Below, in pieces: positions 1-5,792 of a stretch of DNA of 43,726 bases (position 1 is its first letter; every line of letters begins with the position of its first letter). A model generated the notes under the pieces. That model searched no databases and was not told the DNA's origin. It saw only the letters and a list, made by a program, of their open reading frames with translations. The DNA is from a virus. The position numbers were made by a program, and so were the translations under genes. The DNA lies in the IMG/VR virus record IMGVR_UViG_3300016665_000253, positions 1-43,726 of that record; one strand, written 5' to 3'.

Positions 1-22
1 GGCGGCATCCCCGCGCGGCTGA
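1..22. repeat. Terminal overlap; identical to 43705..43726 (circularisation/assembly overlap)
   Basis: ggcggcatccccgcgcggctga is present at both window ends. It lies inside an ORF that reads through the junction in frame. Confidence 0.9.
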
Positions 23-332
23 GGCGCACGCTGGCGCATTCGTCGTCGTCGCGCAGCCATTCAAGCGCGATGCCGTGCGCGAGCATCCGGCCGCTCACGA
101 ATGACGCGTCCATGCCGAGCTTGCCGTTCACGAGATAGAACGAACGCAGCGCCGCCATCGGCCCCACGCCGAGCTCGCGCCCGGCGAGAATGACCGCCGC
201 AACCTGCGCCGAGTTCTGAAAGTGCGACGGGATGAAACCGCCGCGCGCCTGCGCCAACGTGTCTGCCAATCGCAGCACGTCAGACAACGATGCGACCATG
301 TCGAGGCCGCTGCTCTTGATGATATCGCTCAT
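1..332 (-). CDS. recT: RecT/Red-beta-superfamily single-strand annealing protein, 5' part (N-terminal ~110 aa); continues at 43155..43726
   Basis: ATG at 332-330 is preceded by AAGGTGA. Hand translation MSDIIKSSGLDMV..GRELGVGPMAALRSFYLVNGKLGMDA..SRAGMPP runs off position 1 and joins MPPYVSTF.. at 43712 in frame. Confidence 0.8.
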   Translation of the reverse strand, partial: MSDIIKSSGLDMVASLSDVLRLADTLAQARGGFIPSHFQNSAQVAAVILAGRELGVGPMAALRSFYLVNGKLGMDASFVSGRMLAHGIALEWLRDDDECASVRLSRAGMP

Positions 333-357
333 GTCATCACCTTGTTGAGTTGGGGAT

Positions 358-870
358 TCACTTGATTCGCAGCACACGGCCGCGCTCGACGCGTGTCCCA
401 GGCACGCATTCGCCGAGCGTCTGCATTGCCACGAGGATGGCGCGCTTGTCAATCTCGATTTTCGTCCGCAGGAACTCTTGCGGAATCGCGCCCTCGTCCT
501 CGACGACAACGCGCTGCGGGCCGTCGCCGACGCTGATGGTGTGCGTGGCGCTCTTGATCTTGCTGACGCCAGCCGCGTCGAGGCTCATGCGCAGGTAGTC
601 CCGCAGCGACTCCGCGCGCCGCTCGCGAGCCTGCCGCCGCGCCGCCAGGCGCTTCTCTTCGCCCCGCAGCGCCTCGGCCTCAGCGTCGAGTTGCGACAGC
701 ACCTGCGCGATGTTGGTGGCCTTGGCGTCGATGGCGTCGCTGAGCGCGTCCAATTCGCCAAGCCAAACTGACGACAGCATATCGCCGTCCTCGTCGAGCG
801 CGTCGATCAGGTACGCGTATGCCGGAGCCAACTCGTACAGCCGCAAGCCCACCTTGTTCGTGTCACTCAT
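358..870 (-). CDS. Siphovirus Gp157-like protein (recombination-module accessory, coiled coil)
   Basis: Internal ATG at 870 with a GGAGG RBS 8 nt upstream. Sequence MSDTNKVGLRLYELAPAYAYLIDALDEDGD..EEKRLAARRQ..IPQEFL resembles family PF05565. It sits directly upstream of recT. Confidence 0.6.
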   Translation of the reverse strand: MSDTNKVGLRLYELAPAYAYLIDALDEDGDMLSSVWLGELDALSDAIDAKATNIAQVLSQLDAEAEALRGEEKRLAARRQARERRAESLRDYLRMSLDAAGVSKIKSATHTISVGDGPQRVVVEDEGAIPQEFLRTKIEIDKRAILVAMQTLGECVPGTRVERGRVLRIK

Positions 871-1342
871 TTTCAGTCCTCCACTTTGTGTATGCCTTAG
901 CCGATGATGCTGCCCGCTTGCCAATGCCCGCTGCCATCGCAGCGCGCCGTGCTTCCCAGTCGTCGTCACCCTCCGCGATCTGCTCGCGCGCGATCTCGTC
1001 TGCGATGCCGCGGATGACGTCCTCGACGTGTGCCGTCAGCGTCTCGCGCGGGATGCCGCGCACGTGCGCGAAATGTTCGCGCACCGCCGCGCCCACGCTG
1101 AGCATCGCGACGTCGAGCTCATGCTCCGCGCGCTGCTCCGCATCGAGCATCAGGCCACCGCCGCAATCGTACAGCTGCCGCTCGCTGTCGGCCGTCGCGC
1201 TGATGATCTCCGCGAGGTAGAGGCGCTCTGGCGTCATGTCGTCGCAGAGGTCGCCGGGCTCGAGGCCGAGTGCATCCGCACGCGACGTGGCGAGCACCGG
1301 CACGACGTACTCCGCGCGCACGCGGACCCAGTAGCGCGCCAT
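863..1342 (-). CDS. Hypothetical early protein (159 aa)
   Basis: ORF 863..1399 trimmed to ATG 1342 (MARYWVRVRAEY..). The stop overlaps the next start (ATGAGTGA). Confidence 0.55.
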   Translation of the reverse strand: MARYWVRVRAEYVVPVLATSRADALGLEPGDLCDDMTPERLYLAEIISATADSERQLYDCGGGLMLDAEQRAEHELDVAMLSVGAAVREHFAHVRGIPRETLTAHVEDVIRGIADEIAREQIAEGDDDWEARRAAMAAGIGKRAASSAKAYTKWRTENE

Positions 1343-1466
1343 CACGTTGGCCTCGCAGCGCGCAGCACGCGCTCGCGGAGATGCTGGCAGGCGACGCACT
1401 GGCAGCCCTGCGCAAGCGCGACGAGGGCAGCGTGCAGGCCGACGTGCGGGTGAACGGGACGGCGGC

Positions 1467-1742
1467 TCACGACGCCACCTCGACGTGAGCGGAGAGGGCG
1501 CGCTCGTTCTCGGCCGCGCTCTCGATCAGCACCTCCGCGAGGGACACGTCGCGCACGACCCGCTTGACGGGGTAGATCCCCGCGGTCGCCGCCGACACCG
1601 CGAGGCCACGCGATACCGCGAGGTCGCGAAGCGAGGCGAGCGCAGCGTCGCGCGACTTGCGCGTGAGGTAGTAGCGCACGTCCTGCTGCGAGGACGCGTA
1701 AAAGCACTGGTTTCGAACGCCGTACAGAGTCCGCTGGCTCAT
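1467..1742 (-). CDS. Hypothetical early protein (91 aa)
   Basis: ATG at 1742 lies 5 nt after AAGGTGA. The GTG at 1751 used by the ORF track lies inside that RBS. Confidence 0.6.
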   Translation of the reverse strand: MSQRTLYGVRNQCFYASSQQDVRYYLTRKSRDAALASLRDLAVSRGLAVSAATAGIYPVKRVVRDVSLAEVLIESAAENERALSAHVEVAS

Positions 1743-1787
1743 GTCATTCACCTTGTTATGTCGCGGCCCCGCGCCGTCGACTCCTGA

Positions 1788-1850
1788 TATGTAGCGCCCG
1801 TGCTAGCACCCGTCAACATTTATTTTCGGGTGCCGTGTCGATTTTCTGCA
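1788..1850 (-). promoter_or_regulatory. Early leftward promoter/operator module, copy 2 (internal)
   Basis: Minus strand reads TTGACG (1816-1811), a 17-nt spacer, then TACATA (1793-1788). The palindrome GTGCTAGCAC (1800-1809) sits in the spacer. An AT-rich tract and the conserved gtgtcgatttt..ctgc lie upstream. The module is about 80% identical to 3444-3510. Confidence 0.55.
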
Positions 1851-1855
1851 AGCCC

Positions 1856-2116
1856 TTATTTCTGCGGCACATCGTCAAAGAGCGAGAGCTGCACCGGCTG
1901 CGCATGGACAGGCGTCGACGGGCCGAGGTTGTGCGCGCACCACACCTGCCCGTAGGCGCACTGCGCGTCCCACCAGATGTCGGATTCGATGCCGTCGATG
2001 TCCATGCCGATACTCTGCGCAGCCTCGCGCAGCCGAGCGATGGGCCACTGGCTGTTGCGATGCGCGTCGATAGCGTACATCGCCTCAGCCAGTCGCAGCA
2101 CCTCGTCCCAAGTCAT
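1856..2116 (-). CDS. Hypothetical early protein (86 aa)
   Basis: ORF 1856..2266 trimmed to ATG 2116 (MTWDEVLRLAE..), which forms an ATGA overlap with the upstream stop. Confidence 0.55.
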   Translation of the reverse strand: MTWDEVLRLAEAMYAIDAHRNSQWPIARLREAAQSIGMDIDGIESDIWWDAQCAYGQVWCAHNLGPSTPVHAQPVQLSLFDDVPQK

Positions 2117-2361
2117 CGACGCGACAATTCCTGCGCGGCCTCGCGACGCGCCTCGGACAGCGCACGCACCGCATCGACCATCGCGTCGGGCAGTTGCTCG
2201 TGCGGCTCGCTCTCTACGATGAGCCCGTACGGTGCAGCCGCCCGCACCGTCCAGACGTGGGCGCACGTGCGGTCATCCCACGTGCGGATGATCGTCATAC
2301 GCTCGATGCAGTGCCGCGCCATCGTCGCGTCAAGCACCGCCGCTGCGTCGACGCCGATCAC
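2113..2361 (-). CDS. Hypothetical early protein (~82 aa)
   Basis: ORF 2113..2439 trimmed to GTG 2361, giving a GTGA overlap with the upstream stop. An alternative start is ATG 2322. Confidence 0.45.
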   Translation of the reverse strand: MIGVDAAAVLDATMARHCIERMTIIRTWDDRTCAHVWTVRAAAPYGLIVESEPHEQLPDAMVDAVRALSEARREAAQELSRR

Positions 2362-3050
2362 GACGCCACCTCGTCGCGCCAGACGTGCGCATCGCTCGTC
2401 GAGTAGCCGTTCCCATCGCTGTCCCCGTTCCCAGTCCAATCGATCCGCCAGCCGGGCGGCAAGGCGGCAGCGATGCGAGCGAGGTCTCGGGCCGCGTCGT
2501 CCCCGCCGTCGTCCGCGATGGCGACGATGTAGCTGCCGTCGTCCTGATAGCTGGCCGACGTCACGTCGCTCACGAGCAGGATCGCCGCCTCGACCGCGGC
2601 CACCTCGTCGCGGCTGCTCAGCTCGAGCTCGACGGCTGCGCGCCAGGCAGCGGCGTATGCCTCACGAATCGCAACGAGGCCAAGCCCGTTGACCGTCGCG
2701 CGCGAGATGCCGATGCGCGACGCAATCCAGTACAAGCCAAACCGGTCCCAGTGGTCGGCGTTGACTGCGTCGGCGTCGTCGAGGACGTCGGCCGTGCATT
2801 CGCCGCTGTTGCGGTCGTCCTCGACCATCGCATCGGCCAGGCGCACGAGGTCGTCGGCGGCGTCGTATTCCGCGACGACGAGGTCCGCGTTCAGCGCATC
2901 GACAGTCGTGCCGAGCGCGGCGGCAGCGTGCGCCTGCGATTCGTAGCCTGCATCGCAGGCCATGGCGTCGATCGCGTCGGCGGCATCCATGCCGAGAAAC
3001 GTGCCGAGATTCTGCGCCGACGTGCGATTCGTGATGGAGTAGAGCTTCAT
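2358..3050 (-). CDS. Strongly acidic early protein (230 aa); possible DNA mimic/anti-restriction candidate
   Basis: ATG at 3050 lies 5 nt after AAGGTGA (MKLYSITNRT..). Hand count gives about 42 Asp+Glu against 14 Arg+Lys. Confidence 0.6.
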   Translation of the reverse strand: MKLYSITNRTSAQNLGTFLGMDAADAIDAMACDAGYESQAHAAAALGTTVDALNADLVVAEYDAADDLVRLADAMVEDDRNSGECTADVLDDADAVNADHWDRFGLYWIASRIGISRATVNGLGLVAIREAYAAAWRAAVELELSSRDEVAAVEAAILLVSDVTSASYQDDGSYIVAIADDGGDDAARDLARIAAALPPGWRIDWTGNGDSDGNGYSTSDAHVWRDEVAS

Positions 3051-3137
3051 GGTCGTCACCTTGTGTGTAGGGCCATCATCAGGCACCGCGTCACGGTGCG
3101 ACAAGGGCGCGGGTAGCGCCCTCGTTTCGGCCTGTGC

Positions 3138-3395
3138 TCAGACGCAGCGCATCGCGGAGACGCGCGCGATCGGTTGCTGCATCGTCGGCTGATAGAACCA
3201 CTGGCCGTCGCGCTCGTAGATGCGTCCGCCCGCGATATGACCCGGACGCACGCGCCCGCTGTTCGTGTATACTGAACGGCTCACGACAGACTCGACGGTC
3301 ACGACGCGCACCATCATTGGCGACGTCGACGAGCGCGGCGCGAACGTGATTTCAATCTTGGTGCCCGCCGAGAGGTTCTGGATGTCGATGTTCAT
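3138..3395 (-). CDS. Hypothetical protein, first gene of the leftward early operon (85 aa)
   Basis: ATG at 3395 lies 5 nt after AAGGTGA (3407-3401). The track start at GTG 3404 lies inside the RBS. Confidence 0.6.
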   Translation of the reverse strand: MNIDIQNLSAGTKIEITFAPRSSTSPMMVRVVTVESVVSRSVYTNSGRVRPGHIAGGRIYERDGQWFYQPTMQQPIARVSAMRCV

Positions 3396-3443
3396 GTTCG
3401 TCACCTTGTTCGTCGCGTCGCCCCGTGCGCCGCTGACCCCCTA

Positions 3444-3510
3444 TATCTACGCCCGGTGCTAGCACGGGTCAAGAATTATTTTCGCGGTGCGTGTCGATTT
3501 TTTTCTGCGG
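3444..3510 (-). promoter_or_regulatory. Early leftward promoter/operator module, copy 1
   Basis: Minus strand reads TTGACC (3472-3467), a 17-nt spacer, then TAGATA (3449-3444). GTGCTAGCAC (3456-3465) sits in the spacer. The AT-rich aagaattatttt and gtgtcgattttttt lie upstream. Confidence 0.55.
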
Positions 3511-3533
3511 TCATTCTCGACGATTTTGCTCGC

Positions 3534-3556
3534 GTGCTAGCGCGGACCGTGCTAGC
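3534..3556. promoter_or_regulatory. Two direct GTGCTAGC operator-like sites 15 bp apart, just upstream of the RHH gene
   Basis: GTGCTAGCGC is at 3534 and GTGCTAGCCC at 3549. The ATG at 3566 has no Shine-Dalgarno upstream, so the mRNA may be leaderless or short-leader. Confidence 0.45.
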
Positions 3557-3565
3557 CCGCCGCGC

Positions 3566-3889
3566 ATGACGAAACCATCTGCCTCGCTCCCGGTCTTGTA
3601 CGCACGCGTCCCAGTCGAAACCTACGCCCTTGCGCAGCTGCTCGCCGGCGAAGGCAAGACCAGCGTCTCGCGCTGGCTCATCGATCTCATCGAGTCGCAG
3701 CGCGCGAACCTCGGCGGTCAGCCGCTGCCGCCGTACGCGCAGCCCGTCGCCGCCGAGCACGAGCCCGGCATCGCTGCCGTCGCGCCCGTCAAGCGTGGTC
3801 GTGGACGTCCGCGCAAGGTCGTCGCGACTGTTTGCGAGGACGGCCACCAGCGCGCAGCCGAAGCGGCGTGCAGCAGCGGGGATGAGTGA
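3566..3889 (+). CDS. Ribbon-helix-helix (Arc/CopG-like) DNA-binding protein with a C-terminal AT-hook; candidate switch regulator
   Basis: ORF 3491..3889 trimmed to ATG 3566. LPVLYARVPVETYALAQLLAGEGKTSVSRWLIDLIES has a strand-helix-helix pattern. KRGRGRPRKV is a canonical AT-hook core. Confidence 0.55.
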   Translation: MTKPSASLPVLYARVPVETYALAQLLAGEGKTSVSRWLIDLIESQRANLGGQPLPPYAQPVAAEHEPGIAAVAPVKRGRGRPRKVVATVCEDGHQRAAEAACSSGDE

Positions 3890-4125
3890 TGAACCGCAAG
3901 ACACGCCGCTCTCTGCTGCTCGACCTTGCGTCACGTCACATCGCCGTCGCTCGTCGTGGCGGTGCGCAAGCTATCGCCGCTCTCCGCGACGCTGCGATCT
4001 GCGCGCTGCTCGCAACGCGCGATTCGGACAACGTCGCGCTGCCTGATGACGGCCAGCAGCCCGCAGCGCTGCCCGCTGAGGACGCCGGCGACCCGCGCAT
4101 CAATGGCAAGGGCGGTGACGCGTGA
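3886..4125 (+). CDS. Hypothetical protein (79 aa)
   Basis: GTG 3886 or ATG 3889 overlaps the upstream stop. The ORF is in the track. Confidence 0.5.
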   Translation: MMNRKTRRSLLLDLASRHIAVARRGGAQAIAALRDAAICALLATRDSDNVALPDDGQQPAALPAEDAGDPRINGKGGDA

Positions 4126-4640
4126 ATCGGTTTCTGGACGACGTCATCATGGGCGCGCTGACCGCGAGCATCATCGTCGGCCTCGGCCTCGATTCGTGCT
4201 CGTGCTCATCGCCGCTGCAAGCGCAATCGCGGCCCACGCCCGTCGCAGAGCCCGGCGACCTCGAGGACGTCGCGCGCTGCCTCGTCGCGGAGAACGTGCC
4301 GGGCACCGATTGGTCGGCCATCCTCGACGTGCTTGAGCGTCGAGCTCGACGCGCGCACGTATCGGTCGGCCGCATGGCGCGCGCGTATTGCGCCGTGCAC
4401 CGCGCTGTCACGCCGACGAAGAGGCAGGCCCGCATCCGTGCGCTACCTGCGCCAAACAGCACGCGGCGGCTGCTCGACAGCTACCAGCGCGCCCTCGTCG
4501 CTGCGCGTCGCGGCGGTCCAGGCACGTGCACCGCTGACCACTGGGGCGACAGAGGCCACGACACCGCGCGAGCACTGCGCCTCGGCTGGCAGCCCGTCGA
4601 TTGCGGCGCGACAGCGAATGCTTTTTTTCGACTGCCTTGA
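4122..4640 (+). CDS. Putative exported/lipoprotein-like protein; weak resemblance to SleB-type cell-wall hydrolase fold
   Basis: GTGA overlap start. There is an N-terminal hydrophobic segment VIMGALTASIIVGLGLDSC. ARCLVAEN..WSAILDVLERRA..ANAFFRL resembles Hydrolase_2 blocks only loosely. Confidence 0.45.
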   Translation: MNRFLDDVIMGALTASIIVGLGLDSCSCSSPLQAQSRPTPVAEPGDLEDVARCLVAENVPGTDWSAILDVLERRARRAHVSVGRMARAYCAVHRAVTPTKRQARIRALPAPNSTRRLLDSYQRALVAARRGGPGTCTADHWGDRGHDTARALRLGWQPVDCGATANAFFRLP

Positions 4641-4656
4641 CGGACGCGCGCGCGTA

Positions 4657-4666
4657 GTGCTAGCAC
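4657..4666. promoter_or_regulatory. GTGCTAGCAC operator palindrome within an extended cgcgcg-flanked palindrome; possible rightward promoter
   Basis: cgcgcgtaGTGCTAGCACtcgcgcg. TTGACG at 4637-4642 lies 18 nt upstream of TAGCAC (4661-4666). Confidence 0.4.
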
Positions 4667-4688
4667 TCGCGCGAACCAGCAGCCGTTG

Positions 4689-4763
4689 CAGCGGTGAGCC
4701 GCCTGCCGCGTCGACTATCTTCCCCCCCCGTTGCGTTGGCGCAATGGCAGGCGGCTCCGCTGG
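4689..4763 (+). other. Long imperfect inverted repeat (18-bp stem, ~38-nt loop with a C8 run) in the leader of the winged-helix gene
   Basis: cagcggtgagccgcctgcc (4689-4707) pairs with ggcaggcggctccgctgg (4746-4763) with one bulge. The loop contains tccccccccg (4721-4730). Confidence 0.6.
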
Positions 4764-4803
4764 TTCAATTGATGACCCCTGCAAGGGTCGAGGAGACGGG
4801 ACC

Positions 4804-5205
4804 ATGAAACAGACATCGATTGATGCGTATCTGGAAGCTGTAGAGTCTGGTGAATTGACGCGGGCGCGTGAGGTCGTGCTTGAGCTGTTGCGCGCAGAGG
4901 GGCCGCTCACGGGTCGCGAGGTCGATGAGCGTTTGCGCAGCGTATCTGCGCACAAGCGTTTGTCCGAGCTGCGAAGTCACGGTTACGCGCAGCCGCAGGG
5001 ACGTCGCCAGTGCCGCGTGTCGGGCCGCTTCGCCGAGCAGTGGGTCGCCTATACGCAGCGCACGACGGGCCCGCACGTGCGGCCGCTGGTGCCATCTGCG
5101 AGTGACCTTCGCGCGGCAGCTGCGTTCCTACGCGAGCGTGCGCACGAGGACGACGAGGTGCTGCAGCGCGTTGCGGCATGGCTCGCGCTCAAAGGCGCGC
5201 GATGA
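4804..5205 (+). CDS. Winged-helix (MarR/ArsR-like) DNA-binding protein
   Basis: ATG 4804 lies 8 nt after GAGGAG. VVLELLRAEGPLTGREVDERL..AHKRLSELRSHGY matches a wHTH pattern. Confidence 0.55.
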   Translation: MKQTSIDAYLEAVESGELTRAREVVLELLRAEGPLTGREVDERLRSVSAHKRLSELRSHGYAQPQGRRQCRVSGRFAEQWVAYTQRTTGPHVRPLVPSASDLRAAAAFLRERAHEDDEVLQRVAAWLALKGAR

Positions 5206-5621
5206 TCGACTCAGTCCAGCGCGCGCGGATATGGGCGCTTATCCGCGCCGACGTCGCAGCGTGCGAGAGCGGCGACTCGCTGCCGCCGTGGTACGGCCAG
5301 CCCGAAGACGCGCGTCTCGAGGCTGCGTGGCGCAAGCTCGTCGCCGTCGACGTCAGCGACCGCACGCGGCACATCGACGAGGTGCAGGCCGACCTGCTGC
5401 GCGCTCGTGCGGAGTGCGACGTCGCGCTTGCGGTGCGTGATGGCGAGTGGCGTGACGCGCTCGACCAGCCGCGCCCGACGTGGCGGCGGCTCATCGCGGA
5501 GATGCGGCGGCTACCAGCGGCAGACCTCGCGCAGTTGTCTCAGAACGACGACACCATGGGTGCGCTTGCACGCTGGGCGCTGCGGCCATCCAATCGCACA
5601 AAGAGTGCGGACGTCCGTTGA
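5202..5621 (+). CDS. Hypothetical protein (139 aa)
   Basis: ATGA overlap with the upstream stop (MIDSVQRARIWAL..). Confidence 0.5.
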   Translation: MIDSVQRARIWALIRADVAACESGDSLPPWYGQPEDARLEAAWRKLVAVDVSDRTRHIDEVQADLLRARAECDVALAVRDGEWRDALDQPRPTWRRLIAEMRRLPAADLAQLSQNDDTMGALARWALRPSNRTKSADVR

Positions 5622-5666
5622 CGCACCTCACATCGTCGCGTAGCGTTGATGCGGCTCAATAGAAAT

Positions 5667-5695
5667 GGGCTCGCGGCGGTGAGACGCCCGAGCCC
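5667..5695 (+). terminator. GC-rich hairpin after the first rightward gene group (no U-tract)
   Basis: gggctcgcggcg-gtgaga-cgcccgagccc has 11 bp pairing with one bulge. It is followed by gtgaccgag, so intrinsic-terminator status is uncertain. Confidence 0.3.
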
Positions 5696-5757
5696 GTGAC
5701 CGAGAAAATGGAGGTTTCCCGATGCGGTTTCATATCTCATTTTACGTGGTCCGTCCA

Positions 5758-5767
5758 GTGCTAGCGC
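5758..5767. promoter_or_regulatory. GTGCTAGCGC operator-like site upstream of the replication initiator gene
   Basis: The motif lies 26 nt upstream of ATG 5793, with the AT-rich catatctcattttacg just upstream. Confidence 0.4.
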
Positions 5768-5792
5768 GCGCCTTTGAAGGGCGGATGCACTG

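Noticed and set aside
1-22. A short direct terminal repeat or cohesive end marking the physical genome termini.
   Set aside because: The repeat lies in frame inside the recT-type ORF, and the two halves reconstitute a full-length protein. This indicates an arbitrary linearisation point of a circular assembly.
4733-4775. tRNA-like fragments: tggcgcaatggcaggcg resembles a D-arm and ggttcaatt resembles a T-loop. These might indicate a tRNA gene or an attP core.
   Set aside because: Only about 7 nt separate the two pieces, so there is no anticodon arm or acceptor stem. The segment is better explained as the 3' arm of the 4689-4763 inverted repeat. No integrase is present to use an attP.
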